A stretch of 64,000 nucleotides of DNA from a virus: positions 32,001 through 96,000 of the IMG/VR virus record IMGVR_UViG_3300046453_000063; one strand, written 5' to 3'. Positions 1 to 11,442 of the stretch are shown in pieces. The notes below the pieces were generated by a model. It was not told the origin of the DNA and searched no databases. It worked only from the letters and a program-made list of their open reading frames with translations. Position numbers and translations under genes: made by a program. How positions within the stretch are numbered: position 1 is the stretch's first letter; each line of letters begins with the position of its first letter.

Positions 1-972
1 ATTGAACCAATTGACTATGAGAATGTACCCACGTCGGGATTTGTACTAAATAAGAAAGTAGGAGACTATACATCTGATTGGAACCATCGACAAGCTTACG
101 TCCGAGTATACGATGAACGCGGATTTGAATTTGAAATTACTATTGAGAACCTACTTTATATCCTAGAGAATGCAAATTCAATCAAAGGGAAGGGCCTTGA
201 AGGGCTATTCGTTTATGCCTGGGATGGAAAGGAATTAGTTTTACTACCTGTTGAATCTCCAGATTATCAAGAAATAAGTTCATTCAATAAAATCCTTCAT
301 GAAAAGAATTTTGTAAAGGCTAAAGATCTGATTGTTGGAGCCACATACAAATCTAAAGATAATCAAGAATGGATTTATATGGGCAGGTTTGATCTAAAGG
401 ATACTAAGTCTGAACAAATTCTAACTGGCAAATCGAGTGGTTATTGGAGTTCTCCGCAGTATAAATATGTCTACCACAACATCTCAAAAGGGAAACATCA
501 TTTCTTTGTAAAAGAGTCAGAATATACTTATGGAGAAAAATATAAAACACTCTCAACGATTAAGTCACTTGGAGATAGATTTATCGAAGTAGTTTCAAGC
601 GAATGCACTGAGGATTTCGCTGAATGGTTTGACTGGGTAGAAAGACAGACGGAATATTCTCATAGAGATAAATCAAAAGATGAATGGATTCATTATTCAT
701 TAAGTGATTTTGAAGAACATATTCAAAGCGAAGAATTTAAAGATACCCACTGGGGAAGTGTTGTTGATCTATATGTTGAACCAGATAAGACTGAGCGAGT
801 TCACTATGATATAAATACAAGCCAATTCTACAAAGATGGTAACTATAATGCAGCTAATCGTGAATATGAAAGAATTTACATTGGAGACATCCAAACTGCT
901 TATGATATTTATTCCCCAATGTATAAGAATGAGTATTTAGAAAATGGAAAACTATATCGGAGGATTGGTTAA
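1..972 (+). CDS. phage hypothetical protein, 5'-partial
   Basis: Frame 1 is open from base 1 (IEPIDYENVPTSGFVLNKKVGDY...) into the listed 379..972 ORF. Confidence 0.75.
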   Translation: MEPIDYENVPTSGFVLNKKVGDYTSDWNHRQAYVRVYDERGFEFEITIENLLYILENANSIKGKGLEGLFVYAWDGKELVLLPVESPDYQEISSFNKILHEKNFVKAKDLIVGATYKSKDNQEWIYMGRFDLKDTKSEQILTGKSSGYWSSPQYKYVYHNISKGKHHFFVKESEYTYGEKYKTLSTIKSLGDRFIEVVSSECTEDFAEWFDWVERQTEYSHRDKSKDEWIHYSLSDFEEHIQSEEFKDTHWGSVVDLYVEPDKTERVHYDINTSQFYKDGNYNAANREYERIYIGDIQTAYDIYSPMYKNEYLENGKLYRRIG

Positions 973-973
973 A

Positions 974-1384
974 ATGGCAAATAACAATGACCAAAAAATT
1001 CTTGAACTGAAGAAGCAAATTGAAGATAAGAAAAAACAGGTTGGTAAATTGCAGAAATTCACTCCAGTTACCAATTGCTCTATTGAAATTGATGGCATCA
1101 GACACAATATCAATGTTCTCAGTAAGGAACAGATTCTATTGTTAATGGTTAAACTAAACTCTTATGCCATTTCTGCAAATGAACTTGGTGTACTAGAAGA
1201 ATACAATCTTAGTGGGTACAATGTTGTCGATTGGGTTACTGACCTTAAATCAAAACTTGGCATTCTAGGTAAAAAGGAAGAAGAAGCTAAATTGAAGGCA
1301 ATGGAATCTAAGTTGGATCAACTATTATCTGATGATAAGAAAGTTGAACTTGAACTTGATGAAATTGCTAACTTTTTAAAATGA
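974..1384 (+). CDS. coiled-coil hypothetical protein
   Basis: ATG 974 just after the upstream stop (MANNNDQK...). Confidence 0.75.
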   Translation: MANNNDQKILELKKQIEDKKKQVGKLQKFTPVTNCSIEIDGIRHNINVLSKEQILLLMVKLNSYAISANELGVLEEYNLSGYNVVDWVTDLKSKLGILGKKEEEAKLKAMESKLDQLLSDDKKVELELDEIANFLK

Positions 1385-1590
1385 GTAAAACAATGAGAAC
1401 AATCCAAAAGCTAGTTAATGGTGAGTGGCAACCAATCAAATTTTATCAGATTAAATATGGAGATTACTTCAGAATGTTTGACAATATCGCTCCCGTATCG
1501 GATAATAGTAAATACATATTCTACGCAACGAGTTATCTGTATTGCAATAACGATCAGGGAACTCAGACGATTGATTACGAAACATGTTGA
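1381..1590 (+). CDS. hypothetical protein
   Basis: Overlaps upstream stop; co-oriented. Confidence 0.6.
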   Translation: MSKTMRTIQKLVNGEWQPIKFYQIKYGDYFRMFDNIAPVSDNSKYIFYATSYLYCNNDQGTQTIDYETC

Positions 1591-1615
1591 CAAATATTTA
1601 ATAAATAAATATAAT
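1587..1615 (+). promoter_or_regulatory. consensus sigma-A promoter overlapped by the AT-rich repeat
   Basis: TTGACA(1587)-N17-TATAAT(1610); ATTTAATAAATAAATATA at 1596-1613. Confidence 0.8.
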
Positions 1616-1640
1616 AATAATAATATGGAGGTTGATGATT

Positions 1641-1853
1641 ATGAAGGCCATCCTAAGACATAAAGAAGACGGAACTATTGGTACTCTGGAATATTCAATG
1701 TTTGGTGGTTCAGTACACTTCATTACTGAAAACGGAGCGCTTGGAAAAACAATGGGTGATCGAATAGACGTTATTTTATCTCAATGGGACATTATTGAAC
1801 TTCCAGATGGATATGAGGTCGGAGAATATGGAGGTGTTAAAAAGAAGAGTTGA
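1641..1853 (+). CDS. hypothetical protein
   Basis: GGAGG RBS, ATG 1641. Confidence 0.7.
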   Translation: MKAILRHKEDGTIGTLEYSMFGGSVHFITENGALGKTMGDRIDVILSQWDIIELPDGYEVGEYGGVKKKS

Positions 1854-2080
1854 ATAAAACATACATAAGTTTGGGAGATGCATTATATGATTGTTTCAAA
1901 GAAGACGTTGGAACGGATAATGAATCTCAATTACATGAAGATGTTTATGTGAAGAAGAAGCTTAGAGATCATATAGGAGCAAAAGAATTTAAAAAGATGG
2001 ATGCTTTAGATGAAAAAGTTTGGCATGAATCCTGGAGAGAGTTTGATATGAGAACCTATTATGATCGAATGGGAAAATAG
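1850..2080 (+). CDS. hypothetical protein
   Basis: GGAGG upstream; overlaps previous stop. Confidence 0.65.
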   Translation: MNKTYISLGDALYDCFKEDVGTDNESQLHEDVYVKKKLRDHIGAKEFKKMDALDEKVWHESWREFDMRTYYDRMGK

Positions 2081-2090
2081 GAGGTGTAAT

Positions 2091-2339
2091 GTGGAAACCG
2101 GAATACTGTTCACAGTAGAGCTTGCTACATATAAAGATAGTGGAGTACTGGATAGTAAATATGATTTCAATGTGTTTGTCGATGCAAGTGACTGTCTGGA
2201 GATTTCCTCGGATGATGAGGAAATTGATATTAGACAGATGGAAGAGATGGCTGTTAAATATGCGATAGATAAATTCTTTGATCAGGGAAATGTGTTGAGA
2301 GTGGGAGAGATTATTGAGGTTGTGAGTGTTAGTTATTAG
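2091..2339 (+). CDS. acidic hypothetical protein
   Basis: AGGAGGT RBS, GTG 2091. Confidence 0.7.
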   Translation: METGILFTVELATYKDSGVLDSKYDFNVFVDASDCLEISSDDEEIDIRQMEEMAVKYAIDKFFDQGNVLRVGEIIEVVSVSY

Positions 2340-2382
2340 CGATAAAGAATAAAAATATAAATAAAAGGAGATTAAAAACAAA

Positions 2383-2607
2383 ATGATCAATATGGAATTA
2401 GTGAGTGGTAGAGCATATATAAACAATGCATACCAAGCATTTGAATGGGTTGCTTATGGAATTTATAAAAACATTAAAAATAGAGGCGGAAATACCGGAA
2501 GGTATTTTACAAATGAGCAAGTAGTCAATGAATTAAATAGTTCAAAATACACTGTAATTGTTGATAATAAAATGAATCTTATTGAAGCTAATTTTGAACT
2601 CAAATAA
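2383..2607 (+). CDS. hypothetical protein
   Basis: AAGGAG RBS. Confidence 0.65.
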   Translation: MINMELVSGRAYINNAYQAFEWVAYGIYKNIKNRGGNTGRYFTNEQVVNELNSSKYTVIVDNKMNLIEANFELK

Positions 2608-2608
2608 T

Positions 2609-2630
2609 TAATAAAAATAATATTTTATCA
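2609..2630. repeat. 8-6-8 palindromic site
   Basis: TAATAAAA-ATAATA-TTTTATCA immediately after a stop codon. Confidence 0.6.
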
Positions 2631-2647
2631 AGAAAGGATGTGTATGC

Positions 2648-2854
2648 TTGAATAAATTTATTGTTAAAGGAACCATAATTGAACAAAATGAACGATGGTA
2701 TATTAAAGATGAGAACAACAACCTAGAGAACTCTTCAGATTTATTGGAAGGAATTGATAATGCAATGTATCACCGAAACGATAAATATCAATTACAAGAT
2801 GGAGACTATATTGAAATCGTTGTTAATTATAAAAAGAAAGCAGAATTACAATGA
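2648..2854 (+). CDS. hypothetical protein
   Basis: AAAGGA RBS, TTG start. Confidence 0.65.
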   Translation: MNKFIVKGTIIEQNERWYIKDENNNLENSSDLLEGIDNAMYHRNDKYQLQDGDYIEIVVNYKKKAELQ

Positions 2855-2879
2855 AACAGATAGATTAAAATACTAGGAG

Positions 2880-5069
2880 ATGACGCATACGCAAGTTACA
2901 AAGAGAGATGGAACAGTAGTTGAATTTGATAAGCAGAAGATTGTAAATGCCATTTTGAAGGCTATGGGAAGAACTGAAAAGGGTATTGATGAAGAAGTTG
3001 CTGAGAATGTAGCAGAAAAGACCATACATAAATTATTGGGGAAAAAGAATCTCGATATTGAATGCATTCAAGACAATGTAATTGATTCTTTATTACTCAG
3101 TAAACGAAAAGACGTAGCTAAGGAATATATTGCTTACAGAGAAGTCAGAAGTCTAAAACGAAGAGAAAGAAGTAGCCTCGACAAGAAAGTTCAGGGGCTT
3201 CTTGATTTAACTAATACAGAAGTAATGAGCGAGAATTCCAACAAGGACAGTCAAACAATCCCTACTCAAAGAGATTTATTGGCTGGAATTATGGCTAAAG
3301 ACTTTGCACAAGCGTATATGATTCCTAAGCAAGTAGTAGAAGCTCATAATAATGGTGACATCCATCAACACGATCAAGATTATACACCTTATTTCCCCTC
3401 ATTTAATTGTATGTTGATTGATTTAAGAGAAATGCTTGAGAATGGTTTTAAATTGGGTAATGCTCAAATTGAAACACCAAAATCAATTACAACTGCTGCG
3501 GCTGTAACGGCACAGATTATTGCTCAAGTATCAAGTCATATCTATGGTGGTAATACAATCAACGAGATTGACAAAATTCTTGCACCTTATGTGACATGTT
3601 CGTTCATCAAGCATTTTAAAACTGGCATGGAGTGGCTGTGTAAAGCAGATAATTCCCATATTAACACTTTAGATATTTATATCGGGAACAAGGAGTTATC
3701 AAACCAGTTTCCAAGATGTTATGACTATGCAATCAAACTAACGCAAAAAGAGACTTTGGACGCTTTTCAATCATTAGAATATGAGATAAATACGTTGGTT
3801 TCAGCAAATGGACAAACGCCTTTTTCTACCTTTGGCTTCGGCAGAGGAACAACGTGGGAAGAACGTCAAATTCAAATAGCAATTCTAAATAATCGCATCA
3901 GAGGATTAGGGAAAGAAGGGAAAAGTCCTGTATTCCCAAAACTTATTTTCGCCCTTGAAGAAGGAGTAAATGTCAACCCAGAAGATCCGAACTATGATAT
4001 TAAAAAATTAGCAATAAAATGCAGTACGTTACGTATGTATCCCGATATAATCTCTGTACCAAAAGTTAAAGAGGTTACTGGTTCTTTTAAATTCCCAATG
4101 AGTTGCAGAAGTTTTGTGAGTAAATATATTGAAGATGAAAAAGAATTACACGATGGAAGGTTTAATATGGGAGTAACAACAATCAATCTTCCTCGATTAG
4201 CCATTAAAGCAAAGGGATCAGAAGAGAAATTCTATGTGTTATTGGATGAAATGCTAGAAGTATGCAAAGAAGCACTTATGTATAGAATTGAGCGCTTAAA
4301 AGGAGTAAAAGCTAAAGTTGCTCCTATCTTGTATATGGAAGGTGCAACAGGTCACAGACTCCAAGCAGAAGATACAGTTGATCATTTATTGACTAATGGA
4401 AGATCAAGTATTTCTTTGGGATACATAGGAATTCATGAAACAATACTATCATTATTTGGGAGTCACATTTTTGATGATACTGTTTTAAGACAAAAGGGAT
4501 TGAATATTGTTAAATATCTAAATCAAAAAACAGAGGAGTGGAAAACTGAAACTGGATATGGATTTAGTACATATTCCAGCCCCGCCGAGAGCCTTTGCTA
4601 TCGCTTTTGTAAATTAGACGAAGGACAATTTGGCTTAATACAAGGAATTACAGATAAAGGCTATTACACAAATTCATTTCACTTAGATGTTAATAAAAAA
4701 GCTACACCATTTGAAAAAATAGAATTTGAAAAGGACTACCCGCAATATGCTAACGGGGGATTTATTACATATTGTGAATTTGATTCTTTGGTAAAAAACC
4801 CCGATGCACTAGAAGCAGTATGGGATTTTGCATATAAAAATGTCCCTTACTTCGGAACAAACACCCCGATTGACAAGTGTTTATCTTGCGGGTTCGAAGG
4901 AGAATTCGAAGCAACTGTTTCTGGATTTAAGTGTCCTAATTGTGGGAATGGAGATCCAAAAACAACATCAGTAATCAGACGGTGCTGCGGATATTTGTCT
5001 GAGCCTTCACAGAGACCATTTAACAAAGGTAAACAGCATGAGGTCATCTCAAGAATTAAACATAGTTAG
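2880..5069 (+). CDS. nrdD: anaerobic (class III) ribonucleoside-triphosphate reductase
   Basis: N-terminal ATP cone (VTKRDG), ENSNKD, PMSCRS, Zn CxxC pairs, glycyl-radical motif RRCCGYL. Confidence 0.97.
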   Translation: MTHTQVTKRDGTVVEFDKQKIVNAILKAMGRTEKGIDEEVAENVAEKTIHKLLGKKNLDIECIQDNVIDSLLLSKRKDVAKEYIAYREVRSLKRRERSSLDKKVQGLLDLTNTEVMSENSNKDSQTIPTQRDLLAGIMAKDFAQAYMIPKQVVEAHNNGDIHQHDQDYTPYFPSFNCMLIDLREMLENGFKLGNAQIETPKSITTAAAVTAQIIAQVSSHIYGGNTINEIDKILAPYVTCSFIKHFKTGMEWLCKADNSHINTLDIYIGNKELSNQFPRCYDYAIKLTQKETLDAFQSLEYEINTLVSANGQTPFSTFGFGRGTTWEERQIQIAILNNRIRGLGKEGKSPVFPKLIFALEEGVNVNPEDPNYDIKKLAIKCSTLRMYPDIISVPKVKEVTGSFKFPMSCRSFVSKYIEDEKELHDGRFNMGVTTINLPRLAIKAKGSEEKFYVLLDEMLEVCKEALMYRIERLKGVKAKVAPILYMEGATGHRLQAEDTVDHLLTNGRSSISLGYIGIHETILSLFGSHIFDDTVLRQKGLNIVKYLNQKTEEWKTETGYGFSTYSSPAESLCYRFCKLDEGQFGLIQGITDKGYYTNSFHLDVNKKATPFEKIEFEKDYPQYANGGFITYCEFDSLVKNPDALEAVWDFAYKNVPYFGTNTPIDKCLSCGFEGEFEATVSGFKCPNCGNGDPKTTSVIRRCCGYLSEPSQRPFNKGKQHEVISRIKHS

Positions 5070-5081
5070 GACTACACAATA

Positions 5082-5591
5082 ATGAATATTGCAGATTATA
5101 AACGTTTTGATGTAATCAATGGCCCTGGGATGAGACATTCCATCTTCGTTTCGGGGTGTTCACATCATTCCTGTGAAGGATGCTTTAACGCTGTTTCGTG
5201 GAATTTCAACTATGGGGAAATATATGATCAAGATTTTGAAGACTCCGTAATCAAAGATTTAAATATAGATTATGTAAAACTTTCCGGTGTCTCGATTCTT
5301 GGAGGTGAGCCTTTTGATAATGCAGAAGGATTGCTACCTTTGGTTCATCGCATAAAAAACGAATGCATTCATAATAATATATGGATTTGGTCTGGGTATA
5401 TATTTGAAGAGATATGTGAAGATGACATGATGAAAAAATTGTTAACATACTGTGATGTGCTAGTTGATGGAAGATTCATCATAGAGCAACGGGATTTGAA
5501 GCTCAAGTGGAAAGGATCACGAAACCAGAGGATTTTAAATGTGCAAGAAAGCTTAAGATGTGGGAAGGCAATTCTTCTGCCTTTAACATAA
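5082..5591 (+). CDS. nrdG: class III RNR activase (radical SAM)
   Basis: [30 protein letters not shown]; follows nrdD. Confidence 0.95.
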   Translation: MNIADYKRFDVINGPGMRHSIFVSGCSHHSCEGCFNAVSWNFNYGEIYDQDFEDSVIKDLNIDYVKLSGVSILGGEPFDNAEGLLPLVHRIKNECIHNNIWIWSGYIFEEICEDDMMKKLLTYCDVLVDGRFIIEQRDLKLKWKGSRNQRILNVQESLRCGKAILLPLT

Positions 5592-5620
5592 ATAAATATA
5601 CATACAAAGGAGATGTTGGC

Positions 5621-8083
5621 TTGACACAAGTATTTATAACAGAGGATTTTGCAAAGGAAATTGAACAGAAATATCCGCAACCACTAACAGAGCTTGGGGA
5701 GTTTGTGTATTATCGCACATATTCTCGTTGGTTATCTGATAATGACAGACGAGAGAAATGGATTGAGACATGTCGAAGAACAGTAAATTACAATATGGGA
5801 TTGGCTGTAGATCACTATAAAAACATTGGACTCAAACCAAATCTTAAAGAAATGAAAAAAGAAGCTAAGAAATTCTTTGAAAATATGTACCTTACTAAGC
5901 AATTTCCTTCCGGGAGAACAATGTGGGTTGGTGGAGCAAATCAGGCATTAAATGAAAAATTTGTTCTTGGGAACTTTAATTGTTCATTCTTGAATATTAG
6001 TAAATGGGATGATCTTGGTGACTTATTCTACCTGCTTATGGTTGGTACTGGAGTTGGATTTAAATGCACTAAGAAAATGGCGAAAAGTTTGGCTCCGATT
6101 CGGATTAACACAACTCTTTTGCATTCCGAATATAAGCCAGTTCCCGTTTTACAACGACTAGAAAAAACAAAAGTTACATTCTTTGATAATGGGTTTGCTA
6201 AGATTTATGTTGGTGACTCCAAAGAAGGATGGGTAGATGCTCTTAGACAATATTTTAACATTCTTACGAGTACAGAATACGAAGAAATTCACACAGTAAA
6301 AGTTAGTTATAACTCAGTTAGACCAAAAGGAGAACGACTTAAAACTTTTGGCGGTACAGCATCCGGTTATGAACCTCTCAAGGAAATGTTTGATGGAATT
6401 AATAACACGCTGAAAAACACCATTGATAAAAATCTTGCTCCAATTGAGATTATCAAAGAAGGATACTATAGTAAAAATAATAATAACAAAAAACATGCAC
6501 CGATTTATGGTCAAGTTCGTCCGATTCATATTCTCGACATTGGTAACCTTATTGGCGCAAATGTGGTAATCGGAGGAGTTAGAAGAACCGCTGAAATATT
6601 CCTGTTTGATCATGATGATTATGAATCCATGTTTGCAAAATTTGGAATGAATGGTATTTGGGGAGACGAGGGATTTGCTAAACTTGAAAAAGTCAAAAAC
6701 AAGCTGATCGAAAACAATATCCCCATTCCATCATTTTTCGAAGAGCTTTCTATTAAACATTATTATGTGTATGATTCTGAAAACAAAGTGAAGATTGGAG
6801 ACTTCACTTCTGCGGATGAAGCAAGTGGTTTTGCTAAAGAAATTGGTCACGAGAACTACTTCCCTTTCCCTTGCAATGAAACTAGGGCATTACACCATAG
6901 ACGAATGAGCAACAATTCAATTGGATTTACGTCTAAACCAACACGCCCATTCCTTAACTTTGTATATGAGATGATGCAAATGGAAGGCGAACCTGGATTT
7001 GTAAATCTTGAAGAAGCAGCTCGTCGCGTACTAAAACAATTGCGCGTATTAAATCCAACCAGAGAACACTTAGAGTATATTATGGCTTTAATTGGACTAA
7101 ATCCTTGTGTCGAAATCATACTTTTTACTTACAATGTCTGCAATCTCACTACGGTCAATGTAAGAGCTTTTGTATCGGAAGTCGGTGGTAAGTATGTACT
7201 TGATACTGAAGGGCTGTTGGAAGCGCAACGACTGTCTGCTCGCGTTGGTCTTCGTATGACTCTTGCAAAACTAGAGCTTGAGCATTGGGACGCAACGCAA
7301 AAGCGTGACAGATTGCTTGGCACATCCTTGACGGCCTGGAAGGACGCAACTGCGCTACTTGATTACACGTCAGAACAGGAAGAAGAGCTTATGGAGTTGT
7401 TGGGCAACGCTTCAAGAGACGAAGCAGACTTATATGCCAAAGAAATGCGTGTAAATGCACCGCTACTTGTTACTGCTGTTAAGCCAGAAGGAACATTGTC
7501 TCAAGTGGCAGGAGGAGTTTCTAGTGGTTTACATTGGTCTCATTCTCCTTATTATATTAGACGAATTCGCATTAACTCGGCAGATCCATTGGCTCAAGTA
7601 GCCTTGAAATTGGGATGGAATATCAATCCTGAAGTTGGTACTGCTGGAGATACATATGAAGAGAAAATGAAGAATGCACGAACATGGGTTATTGATTTCC
7701 CGATTGAGTCTGGAGCAAAAGAAACAAAAGAGGACGTATCTGCCAAGAGACAACTTGAGACATATTTTAGCTTTCAGAATAAATATACTGAACATAACTC
7801 AAGCAATACAATTACGGTCAGACCAGAAGAATGGGCGGAAGTAGAAGAAATTATCTTTAACAATTGGGATAATTTCGTAGGGGTATCCTTCCTTCAATTA
7901 AACGGAGGAACATACCAGCTCGCCCCTTATGAAGCAATCACAAAGGAACAATTTGTAGAAATGAAATCAAAAATGAAGCCATTTGATGTAAATGTTCTTT
8001 ACGATGTTGAAAAGACAGAAACCGAAGCAGATGAGGAAAATCTAGGCAACTGTGAAGTTGGTGGCGCATGTCCAATTAGATAA
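5621..8083 (+). CDS. nrdJ: adenosylcobalamin-dependent (class II) ribonucleotide reductase
   Basis: [32 protein letters not shown]-terminal [10 protein letters not shown]; AAGGAG then TTG 5621. Confidence 0.93.
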   Translation: MTQVFITEDFAKEIEQKYPQPLTELGEFVYYRTYSRWLSDNDRREKWIETCRRTVNYNMGLAVDHYKNIGLKPNLKEMKKEAKKFFENMYLTKQFPSGRTMWVGGANQALNEKFVLGNFNCSFLNISKWDDLGDLFYLLMVGTGVGFKCTKKMAKSLAPIRINTTLLHSEYKPVPVLQRLEKTKVTFFDNGFAKIYVGDSKEGWVDALRQYFNILTSTEYEEIHTVKVSYNSVRPKGERLKTFGGTASGYEPLKEMFDGINNTLKNTIDKNLAPIEIIKEGYYSKNNNNKKHAPIYGQVRPIHILDIGNLIGANVVIGGVRRTAEIFLFDHDDYESMFAKFGMNGIWGDEGFAKLEKVKNKLIENNIPIPSFFEELSIKHYYVYDSENKVKIGDFTSADEASGFAKEIGHENYFPFPCNETRALHHRRMSNNSIGFTSKPTRPFLNFVYEMMQMEGEPGFVNLEEAARRVLKQLRVLNPTREHLEYIMALIGLNPCVEIILFTYNVCNLTTVNVRAFVSEVGGKYVLDTEGLLEAQRLSARVGLRMTLAKLELEHWDATQKRDRLLGTSLTAWKDATALLDYTSEQEEELMELLGNASRDEADLYAKEMRVNAPLLVTAVKPEGTLSQVAGGVSSGLHWSHSPYYIRRIRINSADPLAQVALKLGWNINPEVGTAGDTYEEKMKNARTWVIDFPIESGAKETKEDVSAKRQLETYFSFQNKYTEHNSSNTITVRPEEWAEVEEIIFNNWDNFVGVSFLQLNGGTYQLAPYEAITKEQFVEMKSKMKPFDVNVLYDVEKTETEADEENLGNCEVGGACPIR

Positions 8084-8103
8084 ATATAATAAGAAATTGC
8101 GGT

Positions 8104-8787
8104 ATGAATAACATGAAGTCACACCGCAATTGTGCTACAAAACAGAGAGGAGAAAACGAAATAGAACTAGATATTAATGAGACAGAGAGGCTTTGTACAC
8201 ATTGTAATAAAATACGTACCGTAGATAACTTCCTTAAGTGTAATAGAAGTAGAGGAGGAAGAAAAAGTTATTGCAAATTTTGTGCAAAAGAAATGAAACG
8301 AAAGTATAAAGAGTCTCATCCGGTGGAACACAAGATAAGACAAATGGCTGAGAACATACATAAAAGGCTTGTGTCAAATATAGATAAGCCAGCGAATAAA
8401 TCATACAAAGAAAAAGGAATCGAGTCAAAGATAGGAAACAACAGTGCGGAAATATATAAATATCTATTCAATAATTTTTATGAAGATGTAAAATCTATAC
8501 TCAAAGATGGGAAAGTTCCTTCTATTGACAGAATAGACAGCAACAAACACTATGAGGACGGAAATCTCAGGATGATAACATTTGAAGAGAACTCCAGGAT
8601 GGGCAGAGAAAAGTCAAAAGAAGTATGTTCAAAGCCTATTGAAATTGTATGGGATAGTGGAAAAATTGTTAAGTACGGAAGTGTTGTTGAAGCAAGCAAT
8701 ATAACAGGAATTTCAAGACAAATAATAAGCAACATGCTCACAAGACCACCTAAGAAGACAAGAGAATTTAAGGTGAAATACATATGA
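8104..8787 (+). CDS. free-standing HNH-type homing endonuclease with NUMOD1-like C-terminus
   Basis: CxxC pairs, PSIDRIDSNKHYEDGN, C-terminal HTH (SVVEASNITGISRQ); true start may be ATA 8161. Confidence 0.75.
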   Translation: MNNMKSHRNCATKQRGENEIELDINETERLCTHCNKIRTVDNFLKCNRSRGGRKSYCKFCAKEMKRKYKESHPVEHKIRQMAENIHKRLVSNIDKPANKSYKEKGIESKIGNNSAEIYKYLFNNFYEDVKSILKDGKVPSIDRIDSNKHYEDGNLRMITFEENSRMGREKSKEVCSKPIEIVWDSGKIVKYGSVVEASNITGISRQIISNMLTRPPKKTREFKVKYI

Positions 8788-8972
8788 GACAAGACATGAA
8801 ATACTTTTTAGAGTCAATACCTAGCAAGAATGTAGTAGAATTTATAATCTCAAACATGAAAAAAGATGGATTAGATGAATTGTTTACGCTTTTAGACTTT
8901 TGCAATGAAGGCACTCAAGACTATTGGCATGATATATATTTTAATCTGATGCAAAAATCATTTAATAACTAA
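8784..8972 (+). CDS. hypothetical protein
   Basis: ATGA overlap, AAGGTG upstream. Confidence 0.55.
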   Translation: MRQDMKYFLESIPSKNVVEFIISNMKKDGLDELFTLLDFCNEGTQDYWHDIYFNLMQKSFNN

Positions 8973-9005
8973 AAATAACCATAATAAGGGAGAAATTGAC
9001 CAAAA

Positions 9006-9473
9006 ATGACAGACATGATAAAACAAGCATTTCATGAAGAAATTAAGGTAAAAAAACTCAATGAACTAGCGGTTATTCCAGCATATCAAAGCGATGAGGC
9101 GGCAGGATTTGACTTCCATGTTGTAATTGAGGGCGAATCCATTGTTCTTGAACCAGGGAAGCGAGTGTTGCTTGGAACTGGATTGGCATTTCAAATTCCA
9201 AAAGGAAAAGAAATGCAATTACGTCCTCGTAGTGGCCTAGCATACAAGCATGGGATCACCGTTTTGAATAGTCCCGCAACAATTGATAGTGATTTTCGAG
9301 GGGAAGTTAAAGTGCTTCTCATCAACCACGGGCAAGAATCATTTACTATTAAACATGGTGAACGTATTGCTCAAGGGGTCATTGCTAATGTTCCACCAGT
9401 TAAACTTGTTGAAGTTGACGAGCTAGATGAAACAGAACGGGGATCTGGCGGGTTTGGTCATACGGGCAAGTAG
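9006..9473 (+). CDS. dut: trimeric dUTPase
   Basis: AAGFDF, PRSGLA, TIDSDFRGE, ERIAQ, RGSGGFGHTG. Confidence 0.97.
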   Translation: MTDMIKQAFHEEIKVKKLNELAVIPAYQSDEAAGFDFHVVIEGESIVLEPGKRVLLGTGLAFQIPKGKEMQLRPRSGLAYKHGITVLNSPATIDSDFRGEVKVLLINHGQESFTIKHGERIAQGVIANVPPVKLVEVDELDETERGSGGFGHTGK

Positions 9474-9488
9474 CCTATAGATATATCT

Positions 9489-9514
9489 GGCGGTGGTTAA
9501 TCCATCGCCTTTTA
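9489..9514 (+). terminator. intrinsic terminator between dut and thyA
   Basis: GGCGGTGG-TTAAT-CCATCGCC followed by TTTT. Confidence 0.6.
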
Positions 9515-9540
9515 ACTTACAAATTAAGGGAGGAAATAAA

Positions 9541-10404
9541 TTGAATAAACTAGATGAACAATACATTCAGCTTTGCAAAGACATTCTTGAAAATGGAGTA
9601 AGAAAAGAGGATAGAACTGGGACGGGAACACTTTCAGTGTTTGGACGAGAAATCAGAATTAATCTTCAGGAAGGATTCCCTTTGCTTACAACCAAGAAAA
9701 TTCATCTGAAATCAGTGATTCATGAACTGCTATGGTTTTTAAAGGGAGAAACCAATATAAAATACCTTAAAGATAATGGGGTTACAATATGGGATGCTTG
9801 GGCGGATAGACATGGAAACCTGGGTCCAGTGTATGGATCTCAGTGGGTTAATTGGGAATCAAAATATGAAGATACTGATTGGGGATATGATGGAGAGGAT
9901 GAATATTCGTACTCCATAGTATCATCAGAATATACAAATCAGATTCAGGATGTTGTCAATTCAATCAAAAACAATCCAGATTCCCGTAGACACCTTGTTT
10001 CGGCTTGGAATGTTGGAGAAATTAAAAATATGAAATTACCGCCGTGTCACTATGCCTTTCAATTTTATGTAGCAAATAATAAACTATCTTGCAAATTTAA
10101 TATGCGCAGCACAGATGTATTCTTGGGATTACCATTCAATATTGCAAGTTACGCGCTATTAACTATGATGATTGCTCAAGTATGTGATTTAGAGCTTGGG
10201 GATTTAATTTATTCAGGTGGAGATGTACACATTTACACTAATCACCTCGATCAAGTCAACCTTCAATTAACAAGAGAACCAAAAGAACTGCCTAAGATGT
10301 TTATTAATTCAAATATTAAAGATATATTTTCATTTAGGTATGAAGATTTTATCATTGATGGCTATGATCCACATCCACCAATCAAGGGAACCGTTGCTGT
10401 ATGA
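9541..10404 (+). CDS. thyA: thymidylate synthase
   Basis: [36 protein letters not shown]; GGGAGG then TTG 9541. Confidence 0.97.
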   Translation: MNKLDEQYIQLCKDILENGVRKEDRTGTGTLSVFGREIRINLQEGFPLLTTKKIHLKSVIHELLWFLKGETNIKYLKDNGVTIWDAWADRHGNLGPVYGSQWVNWESKYEDTDWGYDGEDEYSYSIVSSEYTNQIQDVVNSIKNNPDSRRHLVSAWNVGEIKNMKLPPCHYAFQFYVANNKLSCKFNMRSTDVFLGLPFNIASYALLTMMIAQVCDLELGDLIYSGGDVHIYTNHLDQVNLQLTREPKELPKMFINSNIKDIFSFRYEDFIIDGYDPHPPIKGTVAV

Positions 10405-10907
10405 CCTACCCATTAACAATCATTGTAGCTATGGATCGTAATGGACTTATCGGTTCAAATAGTCAACTCCCTTGGTATATTCCAGCAGACTTAAATTTCT
10501 TTAAGTCAACTACCATGTACAATAATGTAGTAATGGGTCGATCAACTTTTGAATCAATTGACAAACCACTTCCCAAACGAACAAATATCATCCTAACTTC
10601 GCAAAAAGATTACCCTGTTCCACCTGATGGATATGTTTATGACCACTTAGATGATGTATTGGTTCATTCATTTGTTGATGAACTCAGATCGACCTACATT
10701 ATTGGCGGATCGTCAATTTACTCACAATTCCTTCCTCATGCTGAGAATATGATCATAACTCACATTGATGCAGAGTTTGAAGGAGACGTTTATTTCCCCA
10801 ACTACGATAAGTCAGAATGGGAATGCATCCATGAAAGAGCCATTCCTGAAGGTTTAGACACTGATTACAACTTAACAATAAAACGTTACAAAAGATTTAA
10901 TAAATAA
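10401..10907 (+). CDS. dfrA: dihydrofolate reductase
   Basis: [35 protein letters not shown]. Confidence 0.95.
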   Translation: MTYPLTIIVAMDRNGLIGSNSQLPWYIPADLNFFKSTTMYNNVVMGRSTFESIDKPLPKRTNIILTSQKDYPVPPDGYVYDHLDDVLVHSFVDELRSTYIIGGSSIYSQFLPHAENMIITHIDAEFEGDVYFPNYDKSEWECIHERAIPEGLDTDYNLTIKRYKRFNK

Positions 10908-10939
10908 ATATATACAAATTAATTAAACTATGTTATGAT
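10895..10939 (+). promoter_or_regulatory. AT-rich repeat fused to an extended -10 promoter
   Basis: ATTTAATAAATAAATATATACA, with TATACA-N17-TATGAT and TG at the extended position. Confidence 0.65.
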
Positions 10940-10940
10940 G

Positions 10941-10979
10941 AGTACAGGTTAAGAAACACGCCTGTACTTTATTTTATTT
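10941..10979 (+). terminator. terminator after dfr
   Basis: AGTACAGG...CCTGTACT followed by a T-rich tract. Confidence 0.55.
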
Positions 10980-10996
10980 CTAGGGAGACGATACAT

Positions 10997-11269
10997 ATTA
11001 AAAAAGAATCTAAAGAAAAACAGAAAATCAACTCAGATGTTCAAGCAATCCTCTCACTTTGTTGGGGAGAAAATGATGAACGCAGATGCACAAGTTTTAT
11101 TGTTGATGGTAAGCATGAGTACACAACAAGAGATGGTTTAACGTACAAACCAACAAACAATACATATGAAGAACTCGTTAAGTATCAAGAAGATGAAAAC
11201 AGCAGACCAATCAAGCTTTATCGTAACGGAGATTATGTAAATATCACTGGAGGAGTGATTATTAAATGA
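10997..11269 (+). CDS. hypothetical protein (ATT start; not in ORF track)
   Basis: GGGAG RBS, ATT, 90 open codons ending in an ATGA overlap with the next gene. Confidence 0.6.
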   Translation: MKKESKEKQKINSDVQAILSLCWGENDERRCTSFIVDGKHEYTTRDGLTYKPTNNTYEELVKYQEDENSRPIKLYRNGDYVNITGGVIIK

Positions 11270-11442
11270 TTAAATATTTTCGGAGACTGAAGACCAAAGT
11301 TATTATTCGTATCTTTTGGATGAACATTTTTGATTCTGTAAGAAATAATCATCGTGATATGGTTTATGAAATTGCATACGAAATGGGCAGAGCTAAACAG
11401 CGTAATGATGTTGAACCTTTGGAGGGAACTTATGAAGATTAG
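11266..11442 (+). CDS. small hypothetical protein
   Basis: GGAGGAG RBS; MIKYFRRLK..., 58 aa. Confidence 0.55.
   Translation: MIKYFRRLKTKVIIRIFWMNIFDSVRNNHRDMVYEIAYEMGRAKQRNDVEPLEGTYED

Noticed and set aside
6700-6900. Possible intein in nrdJ
   Set aside because: Insertion is short and lacks intein N-terminal and HN|C motifs.
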